DNA of 64,000 nucleotides from Candidatus Omnitrophota bacterium (GCA_903884815.1 CAISGE010000043.1:701-64700), one strand, 5' to 3'. Positions 56,101 to 59,504 are shown, counted from the stretch's first letter. Notes: generated by a model from the sequence alone, not told the origin. Program-made: numbers and translations.

Positions 56101-58655
56101 GCGATCATGGTGGGCGACAGAAAGTCCGTCACCATGTCTCCCGGGCCGGAAATAGCGTGCCAAACACTTACAATCTTAGTATTTTTCTTGTAGTTTTGGA
56201 GCATTTCCCCGGAATGACTCCCCTCTCCGAAAAGCAAAATGCCTATGCTCTGAAAGAACTTCGCGAGGGCATAAGCGCTGTCGATCGTAACGGGCGCGTC
56301 GTTCAGAGGATGGGTTAGAAGGATCTTGTCTCCATCCAGCCGGATCGCTATACGGCCCGCCGAGGGATGAAGTTTCTTGAAGAGGCCCGGACAGTAAAGA
56401 GCCTTGTAATCAAGGGGATGCAGGCTGTGACTTTTTCTTTGATACTCCCGCCGGTAACTTTTTTTGTTGGCCTCCATATAAAAAACGCTCCGGCGGGGAC
56501 GAACTATGATCTCCTCATCCGTAACCGTAACGACCTCCAGCCATTCTGGCCTTTCGGGATCTAAAATAATCCCGTCCCCGGGCTCTAGATCCTGGCCTTC
56601 ATACAGAAAAGCCCGTGGAACTTTGCCGTCGATCTTGATCCCCCGCTTTTTTTCCGAGGGGCGAGACTTAGCGTTTTCTTCAGCCTCTTCTTGGACAGCA
56701 GGATTCGCCGTCCGATTCTCCGCGCGGGCAAAGCTAAGTTGAGTACCGTTCCACGCAAGACCGAGGGCCGCCAACCTGGGAGCGATCAACTCACCGACAG
56801 GCACCTTGTTCCGGCCGCCGACCGTTCGAAGGGCTTCCTGGAAAATTCCAAGAAGATGGCCGGCGATGACGGGCCCAAGGTCTTTGCGTAGATCCGGGAG
56901 CAAAGCGAAGGAAGGAGCACGAACGCTTGAATCTTGATCGCGCGACGAATCGGACCCCGGTTTTGGCGTTGCGCGCTGCGCTCTGCGCGCTGCGCCCGGA
57001 GGTGGGGTGATACCCGTCATCACGCTGAGGTAATTCGCATTCGATTCCAGATTCGTGATACGCGGCGCGACGCGGACATAAGAAATTCCGTTTTTCTTAA
57101 AGAGTTCCGCGAGACCTTCCGAATGGAATCCGCCAGTCACGAGAACCGCATTCGCCTGCTTCAGCGATTTCATTTGCGCGAACATGTTCCTGAAGAGTGC
57201 CTGTTCCCGCTTTTCAGCAGTCTCATAGAAGCTCAACGCGCAACGCGCAACGGTCAACGTTGGACTCGCGAGCTTTTCACGTTGTGCGTTGTGCGTTGTG
57301 CGTTGCTCTAGCAATTCCTGATACTCTTCCCGCGAAAGTTCCAGGCTGAAAAGTTTCTTCAGCGACCGGTACTCTTTATACCTTTCGATCAGGGCTTTCT
57401 CCACATCGGAAGTCGCGAGCTTCGCGAGAATCTGATCGTTTAATTTTTCGACCTCCTTGAAAAGGTCCGGCGCTTGCAACTCGTTTGAAAGGATCGCGAT
57501 CCCGATACGACGGGTCAGATTCGGATAATCTTCAAAACGGAAACCGAGCGGCGCGGCCTTGGAATAGAAATCCTCCATGAGAGAGCGAATGTCTCTACCG
57601 CGAGGTAAGGCGGAAGGCGTACGGCGTGCGGCGCCCGACGCTTCGTCTTGTAGAATATCTGACAGATGATAGCTCTCCGGATCTAACCGATGGGCTAAAA
57701 TCCAGGATATAAGCTTTTGTTTTTCCTCCCCATACTCCGTACCCCGTACTTCGTACGCCGTTTTTTCAAGTGCTTTTAATTTAAAAAATCGAACTAATTG
57801 CGGCCAATCGTATTGTTCCCGGGCATTCGTAAGGTCCAGCGCGAGATGCTCCTCCGCGACTTTCGGAAGTTGTTCCAGCCCTGCGAAAGGCTCGGCCGCA
57901 ACCTCACTGTGAAAAGCCCAATCGCGGAAGAATTTTTTGAGTCCGAGATTGAAGGCCACGGAGGCTTCATCGGTGATCTTCTGGCGGATCTCTTTGAGGG
58001 CGGCATCGGTTTGCGGCTTTGCCGCATAAACAGCGCGAAACTGCTCGAGGTTTTCTTTGTAGAGCTTGAGGTCTTCGACGCCGTAAACGCGTCCGGCGGA
58101 AGGCGAACGGCGAGCGAGGCTTTCTTTTGCGCCGTACTCCGTACTCCTTACTCCGTACGAATCAGCAAGATCCAGCTCCACACCGCCGATCAGTCCCCGG
58201 CGATTCATTTCTTCAAGAAGTTGGCGATTCAGTTTCGCGTCATCAAAAAAATGGAGGTTTGCAGGATCAAGGGGTTTCCAGGCACCCTCGAGATAAACCG
58301 TATTGAGACCGTAGGCCTTTCGCAGGTGGGCGAGAATACGTTCAATGTTTTCCTGCCCCTCGGGCTGCCCGTGAGCTTCTTCCACGTGGACAATCACGGG
58401 TACGGCGGAAGGCGTACGGTGTACCGCGTCACTGCTTTGAGGTGATACCTCATGATAGACTTCTCGGATGATTCCAAGTTCAGAAGGGATTGAGATCTTC
58501 TCCTCTAAGGAAGTTAGAGAAATCTCCGGACTCCGTACGCCGTACGCCGTACTCAGAGTAGGAGTAGCCTGGACAGTCGTCGTCGTAAAGCAGATCAGCG
58601 TGCAAACAGCAAACGCACGCAAAAAGTGAGAGAACTCTCCCTTAGTTTGACGCAT
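35199..58655 (-). CDS. Giant multidomain protein (7,818 aa). It has a signal peptide, a UPF1-like SF1 helicase, a GlnD/GlnE-like nucleotidyltransferase with HD and ACT domains, internal TM helices, a MetF-like domain, a PglC-like phosphoglycosyl transferase and tandem SAM-MTase-like units.
   Basis: One uninterrupted ORF of 23,457 nt in a 58%-GC background. Multiple unambiguous enzyme motifs are all in the same frame (see the sub-features below). There is a plausible promoter and an N-terminal Sec signal. Confidence 0.75.
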   Translation of the reverse strand: MRQTKGEFSHFLRAFAVCTLICFTTTTVQATPTLSTAYGVRSPEISLTSLEEKISIPSELGIIREVYHEVSPQSSDAVHRTPSAVPVIVHVEEAHGQPEGQENIERILAHLRKAYGLNTVYLEGAWKPLDPANLHFFDDAKLNRQLLEEMNRRGLIGGVELDLADSYGVRSTEYGAKESLARRSPSAGRVYGVEDLKLYKENLEQFRAVYAAKPQTDAALKEIRQKITDEASVAFNLGLKKFFRDWAFHSEVAAEPFAGLEQLPKVAEEHLALDLTNAREQYDWPQLVRFFKLKALEKTAYEVRGTEYGEEKQKLISWILAHRLDPESYHLSDILQDEASGAARRTPSALPRGRDIRSLMEDFYSKAAPLGFRFEDYPNLTRRIGIAILSNELQAPDLFKEVEKLNDQILAKLATSDVEKALIERYKEYRSLKKLFSLELSREEYQELLEQRTTHNAQREKLASPTLTVARCALSFYETAEKREQALFRNMFAQMKSLKQANAVLVTGGFHSEGLAELFKKNGISYVRVAPRITNLESNANYLSVMTGITPPPGAARRAQRATPKPGSDSSRDQDSSVRAPSFALLPDLRKDLGPVIAGHLLGIFQEALRTVGGRNKVPVGELIAPRLAALGLAWNGTQLSFARAENRTANPAVQEEAEENAKSRPSEKKRGIKIDGKVPRAFLYEGQDLEPGDGIILDPERPEWLEVVTVTDEEIIVRPRRSVFYMEANKKSYRREYQRKSHSLHPLDYKALYCPGLFKKLHPSAGRIAIRLDGDKILLTHPLNDAPVTIDSAYALAKFFQSIGILLFGEGSHSGEMLQNYKKNTKIVSVWHAISGPGDMVTDFLSPTMIARALREHNFDVIFETAESEAWWEDFQEKYGKEIHEGHSTLGDSLALFRVTHPVRAEARKESGAEPGARSAGKLLNKFAGQSLVSLGTTTSRSEGRIDLDGELTEEEFRAYFISKSEKYFQEPFARSVFDRIRVGHGNSVNEWPTPVMGAILTELEEACEVHFRRKGIRSIEDITLPADIGVARVQMLNLFLLPGWEEMRGQYREGIEQRMKAFRLYGYTPELTEHGFATLAGNYRKIGERERSLFFSIAALSLILDGHDGTLDAGLIGLLTELLGKLSMDFSLDSRRIPATEELLRFSLETLADMEETLQKVQAEARETGESMRRKILAYYKDKPHDLDPERPEETLINVVRGSRTQSQFVNALWLSVHHTEASLDRAIQLSEGSGGGVNDDVAILFPAYLVKADRLRRAGNMPAALEYLAKAKGFLDSGRFSHFMGVMAGQRQGDEGEALAAEARAEAAWQKTAEMMVFYYERLIEDDFSAETAMEMRRRYQDIRGISGVWFATRIAESYYAEWLLEQGKEAEATEVLTGIFSDLVKNGKTGVKGSSRYGSFSQFFHPGMPFTPFEDPASPESGHYVSRSDAAIVSILVDPYRWPEDPKVLAEMLIYAVRNNPEVIEKVLVAWADLGMEGEFNVDHEPSLKAALSILLQEQGLEIWLAALHFCVQIQDPALNADMMAFLIEQAKEADHRNVMAFVTDSNAVIRALFSGKVRPRSTQAINDWITAFMRQHKRSLKTLVYESFAARLVASGYKPESLLELLQEAVEQETQDKVLHDRLSKRKESTLAASSYLFYFIESISSLSRVMALNPENKASVAFMENILSFLEGLLEGGPAAFEVLFSPAEKKASPEAKDQLLLQVYSYLSEMLFELGAKAASHPLKERFEKVHQALLDRFFVLYFRQLGRRNVGSEDLENAAKKLELDPQEILEAYAHRAEYLFRAQKWEELQKWMVPWIRLLKVVPRLAAGDSSERSGKHSVALRSIAGVNTGLIDILLMSNPELLGVFFPESGEQAPVAPSPESLNLALLARHNPERERFYAAMKPIALSDPSTPDIDSFKAQMINSLFLFANEIRSQEPELAEKALGVAIAYFRETAAASRNPVTEAEFQAGSRASHFSTDKPFARNQQAYFRLCLALAREDNDAVKMALTELHRADEEAGDGATFPAMDTALVEAVFTVQEGGSRKAALDILEKLFIFQENAAAANGTRAPPVYDRIEILLNRFLNLPPAYKETAISLLAELIAEGRAETRIPVDSVDNRFFVLNALMSRVASPEWNMALFRVMDSKWADGSPAERSAWVDVFTEMAPSSVPAIGAVLFCDRILRDDVSKQWQAPVSAFRKELETQLTPQGYYELAEQQFKDAKYAECGQSLETARRNGASGDLALSIQELAAKRKRVAERKRQLQKDLAAQDKDLDSLERSITAILKDNSEDREALDLKEKVQGAREIEAQALEKFAEEDYSGALEKLQEFPESLTGNKTRKRRKALETWIGALSTVRGSLERSELEKAEGQLENSLREMQKNWSQGSPLAEHDTVQHLRDEIQDLRSTLQGLEHAISGNGTYSAVFENAKRLAVFPNRAVRAAQLVLRLAEEAFHSGVAGKATDFKKAYYYAVFVAELEREFPVIADEGRAARNLASHAMAQHWLPELTDQGFLISAMVKARQEREEENIRESNGRPIEIKFSKIELHPEKRMFTVYDLKLGRAGATGGETVWDDLGKPEKFGWPEDTFRIRNPSKKEPMQPFFRLVKRGVEHGRSFMQFELPETHKGFDYLNALLTGEVSKGGILTRTSARALERQEDYLADYVLNLTTSTRLAKGNGLLTTQATTGNALVDYALGLQIGVAAQEKETDFSAFEKMEAEYAESGKALDPAQRAAVKETLRPAGSPGNYGSASPIVLVQGPPGTGKTKVIEWITKLASEGGQRVVVLSQSNAGADNVAKKLLEDGLPFVRVGSNEDAIDHEILPSWEARGPELDLMLKQRKSGGGSLLIGTINGFSGDKEIRTRPELLNTDVLIIDEASLATLPEFFFAFAQLQGVKKIIVVGDPDQLPAFGISDEDRRFITKYLNQAKKLGRNIFAGNELKTRFGQRTLLEILDKEKRNAHKKSYLEKALDLFYPRELALAGFVSFAPYFFLNIQRRSGSWIVRLINYFYRKSGRPKLMAGREITGMVIDDNTHGRFGFHDENANSEDHDGGKKNPGEADRVITHIHWLMNKKHLGAEDIGVISPYADQVELIRDRLLATSKAHDYLVRLAAGQELSNDEWIVFEELFGSEALEARVDYRADSWLMANHPGYRGLRGQQKGGVRREKVRGIKDSLRRIRRGEGDRRTQAAEILRFLGLEGSFPAAYEIEVSLLDVTTVNKSQGSEYKAVIVSWVRSNEDDNVGFLADPVEGRNRINVAISRAKDYLIMVWDRDTFERCKDPDVHEWVMDYNDVMREFSGSGPRDRGRHRRRSETRNTTLPDDQLDWISREGALFKAQREKILKSNTPWEEKSVALADLADHYVAKVAEEFKRYIHRNYPDTPPMLFVATGSYGRREVAPHSDYDGLVVVRTHADVESLKDHFTPGGFVYESSRVLGGAWDLFALEEFENPVTVTDLGLTKEFNAASSASFAARMQATHRTTAPEIQREAMTQLLFAREVSSPGLPFAELETALKNHLDQPVKRARVLRQILDAWDEHRQEEGYFSGLAEREPDLKWGAGGLKDFDVASWVVRLFFRDENDAIDQTSGHNIAFLTREEFEEARKAAAHIREIRWKLQALPTAEEGGSSDRLGLEQQPALAEWMYRETGAGEDARVVLFLEDLHRAQRTLYLYASTILDRALQKTTPLQYDFLPDGDDEKFPFPGVEKAKRFGETITENGPVLIPEDRKEAVLTLHPGQSIRPDDILEIFKFAAEHDCALTGELLDGIKNARAAFLEHLGRDEAFRAQARAAFAAILRAKGPIGDLLLQAHLLGLLEEIVPGYRELNHRVVQDFKYEHTLDVQSINYARILDGLRGKAEVTGPMAGASRLSIPEDWLAPVRAAMLVDALIDQKIPGIDPSKVFALIGLDPAEAGKARWLIEKRTALFSLMQNSGLYYPDEFLEFQRDNLSDAAGRPDFHRWQVLVALTLTQIETFQKGRTEIYLNRLKPFLEITEEEFMDPERMKTYYREHVPLDQLPGFAEGLEDDEVRVDWEATGIPDTWVLRVASRSRLDRPGRLFRIATVLASGKQGQFSVLSLLPQHFAKGAITVNAMIVRRNFLDQALEEDPKFSENLTERFRSALLMEDAGKVRSGYRNKPFFRSPALMPLPPTKVLVRHYGHSNFVYLETPDGIGALADIAHILLMHGLLLGPRSTIDTVGYSRKVGLQIQDTIHVLRPDGSQPSSREMKDLAEDLEFAFSHETITDEVLNEVLVRVDSRHRLRANRSNMRVVDEDSFSKAARAWSKNRPKDKDLGRKQPDPGMEAAYLITQQLPLLQKAFGITIRGDEVVLRPEEIIPNEAGQIEREWLNMGDQRLVEAARQFLHEKGLNEEVLGKGWKEALQTLSEVDERGRPAQGEFRPEFESALLKARLFIDLLYEIGSGILETPIAETAREIIDPDPGKTFDPERVMDLFIRSAETKKPVSAFNQIAIMAAAGTVASDSPEARELWKGFMRFLRVQTDISDAVYAMHQTGLLSLMSPEFAELDNIYDDNAYWHYYRVSNHALYAFDNFEELTFGDLPPNGAPSQVLGAVGFHESAKDPEWLARMRLGVLFHDVGKQLILTKFQVSHQIRGAITLLPQILERAGLLTQFAADEFRTFAFLQFIIWYHQHGNSIIQNFRELIESALFDWQARLAMSAEEGLDPRSLIRAFAAITLADRLGTHPDRNAELMGRAPEAWVNPIILERTREFFLELQAFFESGFNALSREKILRRRDEKNRAYTEELLDQLKRYYPSEAALAEARKQLGKFAALKGYDYLRRFRPDMIQEHLVLFNKLEEMPVDRQGIPLVSVLHSEEGYSRADQHFLHIAVGVPFDEPGILARLTGVFAGFRLSIHDADVTGFDGKTFDHFMVYQVGQEGEEMGVSDDFVAALTKALREIVVEKDYMPKLRALFAAQGRPYEFDTFEDSGGPASLKFLPSEKQGNVRLLVHMPNGLGRMHVVTRVLDELKINIDDVPVETRSFGAEDIFEMKNGDGTPLSEHFQAGIRSAFEELLSLKKIREADILRAIAAAEATRSEMRYKIDYKDLSPDQKKEAKALGVALMPKDGNGKVIGRRSALDGVIRTLRAYEKVLHGGQPLEKGRSKAIVSVREALAGQGLSGKTAEAERRLIEDAIIVVQWVVDQREFQHRSEVEKMISQMASDEESPDMLDDGPPFMELSKEKLRKILASLEILATLERVDASVINKALDRKHGNRPPAEMPSLPDDKTFFLMGIELIQARLLAEQLIERMRREAIEFTLQHCRELVWNGQPIPSDYHVREAITEAGILFEDNEALFRVLGKTIDFVRERGEKRSEVRQAIQPGTIPGNPRAEFREFSGAIRSELRKEDLAGAVIAERPDGLIIADLSKITDEAVLAKVFASLEAIEAKDHGRDGFWMTEKILRETLSYGEPVWAMFDADMKLDGILFFTPWGHEKEGTRETYKKVVLQALVTRPDGPDQDWVFFRDTFFAAMQEKGADSVFFWTRQTPTWKKYFQGRTDKGVILDAQLTPSRFPRDSRLQDSYWVRLEPLDRSESRDGQAQSAAISEADFNPYASSRPEGTLPLVSGVTRLKLALSFATAFVNLPIVLQLHQDSAWLMMNPVFWIQDWWFQIGFTVAGDILLALGAIYMPQIREVLPHKPLQPTRLKPVQVGVARRSENRDKPKQLTSEEIKRLNPEYMFAENFFDQYEDMRQWLAEKPGRKLVTLVSHGRSGSNEFEYHQDHSMFSPLTIFGRLQVAALVAFFKKMKITFEAYLSSDLERDYQTVSPLARRAGKKPEVLESLREVKLDWFGGYPYRWVASTRAKMFRIFRRDPAKYEIEGYSGSQAEKDKALLFLKEIPTRPEKTFLIGVHRLDFLMDLMNMLEIPSSQFDAVYQHFERGNLKNAAMTVLTYDPEDGKWKLWVKTDIDYLPEGRRQSTRNPVVRFFERIFFWFQVLERLVFKALGYRSVAGPLADYWPDSRLWHKPSPGQLDVALDKAEAFIEANNAAKETDASADTVSSGAGADAARSDAEASRAESRIQKINQSATSPGVTANKVPVGELIAPAVTPAVPGDSLRFETRNRLGRLSERVSEKKFTVTAELAAPRLDDPASMKKYLAERDAFMQLYGAGWIDGTSTRSAPEVPAWVEDAALMMRGKKLRKDSFPYPRGFQEFMRRRGEKIENSQDPRAVKIADMWSEVGRFEKIREMPLPGTDFVATVALQTQSAFDVLDIIRDLGNRPQTKALLFMGGGHPLRKTPLAQFLVQTDWAIKEAVKMKKNGEIPANVQIWATWNPHAGDALQDLTRKKKAGATVIYTQPPLFPGEFRKTWDAAQAAGLMDNLQFKIGMTEISSAKNLRFWCHLMGVDPYRDPEAAKSLDAWQRAEAFKVKQPEAFGKFRDSYNRGRFEKALLLPGVTGIHLFPMSHWKNVEQYLANAGFSPAGRVEKDKGSRAESRIQKINQSATSPGVTANKVPVGELIASTATRAAPGDSPERAEMREPADGQQDPNILATFVMDRGTSGTGSWAKKSEGLRPITGSRIFDVLAGLSLAILFSPVILIISGLIWLFSGSPVILKQQRVGYRGKLFMVYKLRTLEKNKEEITLPFGSFSIPFGAILRRSGLDELPQLFNIIEGSMTFFGPRPLLKGETTRQHLDAILAFRKPGLFSYFKAQFPLGASTQKGFLASSYVRPSIAYNHYERVHWSVAFQIKILFLTVWNVCRGFWLMARGVREDLPLAEELLKRIGIFPEVKNVLKTERSEASPAQPIAVPAAPGDSPGRAETRLPRGNMKLRLAESPTTPQKQWQRVYDAMAPGQNSVVPDDYDQFLKLNLWGPLFRELPPGAKVVGLASGRAVPETWARKIVQGAQVYAVDFIDPFRDDPESKPQGVTFIQADMEQASKAAGIPHDADLVMSLFGVEYGDVIKVLRETADILKEGGLFCFFMHHPYSAIINSAREDLEAIKKARETGVTRIADWAPVPDREEILERLETLRKRIEPIVESVRRTRDGNDNDAAGFFDQYLRAIDALLAGVRRPDYRPDEDLKLLLGALPATLDDQERFLQERVRVAEKMDPEYLRELVLTARDLGFQITEKDVSGAKMNGSVMGLYFRGRLIRKAAPPQAVPAKSYDPQRDWQSLYDVMPSGEHSPVWPELERALMKSVWEPLFRKLPSDAKVVGLASGRGKAEAGVLAITPGAQVHAVDYVDPFRNTPGSKPKGVTFVQAAMERASEAPGVPKDAADLVMSQYGVEYGDVPAVLRQAAIILKEGGRFCFFMHHPGSAITQATKYELEMLGPLDEAGLGRIADWDPVPTRPQIIQRLEVVEGKIQSAITDVRKFVGTEDNVTLEFFKQLLNAIQALITIARGGDGEIPLDRLKGLLLLQAMVFKNHEEMLRERVAVSEKLTPEYVSRLAATARSLGFKIPEPDVAYSGETILGWRFVGELVKKPASPDGAATKQDESSRRQALAAAVSKWQNILRGMTNEIWFDKGGYASFELMAEEIAPIEAMRPFTDADDFYERIFLNSNIFKDALDPQKGKALEYQSQAALWLTVKVFGHPPAEGRSTPSTGNPVSREERRSEHRLSDAEIWVAHEAAKDVFAAPRVLEIGREMFMKTMDQLMPSAHAMTRSEKRVSVEKLLTDPTKLESGRQQVSVIFGAIPQKEDSVLKRLVEVMAKSKLQFQVVVPGALPADLEQFHGALIRKVQETRGIQGGVDVKVVSEETAITGFAKQNSENALVYDLREDNGEALRVLEPAVSISNQGKRMLFVFSDKGMTLTQKSYGLIAAINTLLEQKPEEQNRLHGVQSLSVIFKLAENLQKFAEAARSLASAA
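36400..37345 (-). other. Giant protein: SAM-methyltransferase-like unit 2 (tandem duplicate of unit 1)
   Basis: DAKVVGLASGRGKAE, ADLVMSQYGVEYGD, ILKEGGRFCFFMHHP. DNA also similar: 36861-36890 versus 37849-37878. Confidence 0.5.
37350..38300 (-). other. Giant protein: SAM-methyltransferase-like unit 1
   Basis: GAKVVGLASGRAVPE (motif I-like), ADLVMSLFGVEYGD, ILKEGGLFCFFMHHP. Confidence 0.5.
38600..39080 (-). other. Giant protein: PglC-like monotopic phosphoglycosyl transferase (bacterial sugar transferase) domain
   Basis: RIFDVLAGLSLAILFSPVILIISGL re-entrant helix, YKLRTL, LRRSGLDELPQLFNIIEGSMTFFGPRP (catalytic DE dyad), FRKPGL. Near-colinear with C. jejuni PglC. Confidence 0.75.
39209..39330. 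repeat. Intragenic repeat encoding linker RAESRIQKINQSATSPGVTANKVPVGELIA (copy 1)
   Basis: About 90 nt essentially identical to 40459-40580. Core GCGATCAACTCACCGACAGGCACCTTGTTGGCAGTCACCCCGGGGGATGTTGCGGATTGATT. Confidence 0.7.
39340..40440 (-). other. Giant protein: MetF/methylenetetrahydrofolate-reductase-like TIM-barrel domain (tentative)
   Basis: Order-preserving resemblance to MetF: FTVTAELAAPR / LYGAG / VIYTQPPLF / GIHLFPMSH versus VSFEFFPPR / VTYGA / AITQFFFD / DFHFYTLNR. Weak, so tentative. Confidence 0.35.
40459..40580. repeat. Intragenic linker repeat (copy 2). A partial third copy lies at 56775-56805.
   Basis: Read directly. Confidence 0.7.
41700..41960 (-). other. Giant protein: internal cluster of 2-3 transmembrane helices
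   Basis: LKLALSFATAFVNLPIVLQL ... VFWIQDWWFQIGFTVAGDILLALGAIYM. Confidence 0.5.
43690..44190 (-). other. Giant protein: tandem ACT domains
   Basis: HIAVGVPFDEPGILARLTGVFAGFRLSIHDADV and VRLLVHMPNGLGRMHVVTRVLDELKINIDDV. Confidence 0.5.
44500..45100 (-). other. Giant protein: HD phosphohydrolase domain
   Basis: MRLGVLFHDVGKQ (H...HD...K metal-binding signature). Confidence 0.6.
46000..46260 (-). other. Giant protein: ACT-like domain
   Basis: VLVRHYGHSNFVYLETPDGIGALADIAHILLMHGLLLG. Confidence 0.4.
47950..48600 (-). other. Giant protein: GlnD/GlnE-like nucleotidyltransferase domain
   Basis: LFVATGSYGRREVAPHSDYDGLVV (G-S-x9-D-x-D NTase motif) and downstream DLKWGAGGLKDFD. Confidence 0.7.
48880..50450 (-). 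other. Giant protein: UPF1-like superfamily 1 helicase domain
   Basis: Walker A LVQGPPGTGKT, Walker B LIIDEAS, VVGDPDQLP, ISPYADQV, VNKSQGSEYKAVIV, NVAISRAK. Confidence 0.8.
51480..52000 (-). other. Giant protein: long coiled-coil segment
   Basis: Heptad-like charged repeats RKRVAERKRQLQKDLAAQDKDLDSLERS ... LEKAEGQLENSLREMQ. Confidence 0.45.
57244..57316. repeat. Heptad-periodic palindromic element, CAACGCG/GTTGTGCG-type, in-frame inside the giant gene
   Basis: CAACGCG CAACGCG CAACGG ... GTTGTGC GTTGTGC GTTGTGC GTTGC. The arms pair with G.U wobbles only on the plus-strand transcript. Confidence 0.55.
57603..57765. repeat. GTACGG-type palindromic element (arms 57603-57645 and 57730-57765), in-frame inside the giant gene
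   Basis: AAGGCGGAAGGCGTACGGCGTGCGG ... CATACTCCGTACCCCGTACTTCGTACGCCG. Confidence 0.55.
58088..58158. repeat. GTACGG-type palindromic element, in-frame inside the giant gene (encodes SYGVRSTEYGAK / ARRSPSAGR)
   Basis: Read directly. Confidence 0.55.
58397..58562. repeat. GTACGG-type palindromic element (arms 58397-58427 and 58530-58562), in-frame inside the giant gene
   Basis: GGGTACGGCGGAAGGCGTACGGTGTACCGCG ... CTCCGTACGCCGTACGCCGTACTCAGAGTAGG. Confidence 0.55.
58566..58655 (-). other. Giant protein: N-terminal Sec signal peptide (MRQTKGEFSHFLRAFAVCTLICFTTTTVQA)
   Basis: Positive n-region, hydrophobic core, VQA cleavage-like site. Confidence 0.55.
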
Positions 58656-58703
58656 AGTCTGAATGGTGTAGATGCCTTTCGTATAGTGAGTTGATCTGTT
58701 AGA

Positions 58704-58732
58704 AATGTAGCACCTGGAATGGCTTTTTTCAA
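58704..58732 (-). promoter_or_regulatory. Putative sigma70 promoter of the giant gene (TTGAAA, 17-nt spacer, TACATT on the minus strand)
   Basis: Sequence match within a 270-bp AT-rich divergent intergenic region. Confidence 0.35.
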
Positions 58733-58770
58733 ATTTTTATAAATGTTATTTATAAAATAATAGACTTCTT

Positions 58771-58800
58771 TATAGCATTCATAGCAATACATAGCATTAC
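58771..58800. promoter_or_regulatory. Three phased ATAGCA(A/T)T direct repeats (spacing 9-10 bp) in the AT-rich divergent region
   Basis: TATAGCATTCATAGCAATACATAGCATTAC. Confidence 0.35.
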
Positions 58801-58869
58801 TATCTATCAGATTAACATCGATTCTGTTCTCTTATTAACTTCAATCTGTTTTCAATGCGGGTTTAAAGT

Positions 58870-58896
58870 TTACGAGACGAGGTTTCGTGATATAAT
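58870..58896 (+). promoter_or_regulatory. Putative promoter of the peroxiredoxin gene with extended -10 (TGATATAAT)
   Basis: TGnTATAAT at 58888-58896. The ATG at 58941 is preceded by GGAGG. Confidence 0.45.
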
Positions 58897-58940
58897 TCCC
58901 GCTCTTCGAGGCGCTTTAATCAACTCTTTTGGAGGCTCGT

Positions 58941-59504
58941 ATGGTCAAGATCGGCGAAGCAGTCCCTAATTTCGAAGCCCAGGCTTATCAAAACAATGAG
59001 ATCAAACGGATCAAATTGTCCGACTACAAAGGCAAGTGGGTCGCCATTGTCTTCTACCCTGCCGATTTCACGTTTGTCTGCCCCACGGAACTTGAGGAAG
59101 CCGCCGCTCTCTACGAAGACTTCAAGAAGGAAAGTGCGGAGCTTCTGAGCGTCAGCACAGACACGGTATTCGTCCATAAAGCATGGCATGACGTCTCACC
59201 CGCGATCCAGAAGGTAAAATACCCCATGGTCGCCGACCCGACAGGGAATCTCTGCAAAATGTTCGGGACCTACATCGAAGCGGAAGGTCTCGCGCTGCGC
59301 GGCAGCTTTGTGATCGACCCGGACGGCGTGCTTCAGGCCTATGAAATCCACAATTTGCCGGTCGGCCGCAGCATGCAGGAATTGCTTCGCAAGCTTAAAG
59401 CTTCCAAATTTGTTCACGAAAACGGCGGAGAGGTCTGCCCCGCGAACTGGCAGCCAGGCAAGAAAACCCTGAAACCGGGGTTGGATCTCGTCGGAAAAAT
59501 CTAA
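58941..59504 (+). CDS. Peroxiredoxin (AhpC/TSA family, typical 2-Cys)
   Basis: FTFVCPTEL peroxidatic Cys motif and resolving Cys near the C-terminus (EVCPANW). Confidence 0.85.
   Translation: MVKIGEAVPNFEAQAYQNNEIKRIKLSDYKGKWVAIVFYPADFTFVCPTELEEAAALYEDFKKESAELLSVSTDTVFVHKAWHDVSPAIQKVKYPMVADPTGNLCKMFGTYIEAEGLALRGSFVIDPDGVLQAYEIHNLPVGRSMQELLRKLKASKFVHENGGEVCPANWQPGKKTLKPGLDLVGKI

Noticed and set aside
35199-58655. Possibility that the 23.5-kb ORF is several genes fused by sequencing errors or a mis-assembly of repeats
   Set aside because: Not rejected outright. But no stop occurs in 7,818 codons. Domain order is coherent and motifs are in one frame throughout. The intragenic repeats are short (about 90 bp) relative to the domain spacing. 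This is flagged for long-read verification rather than split.
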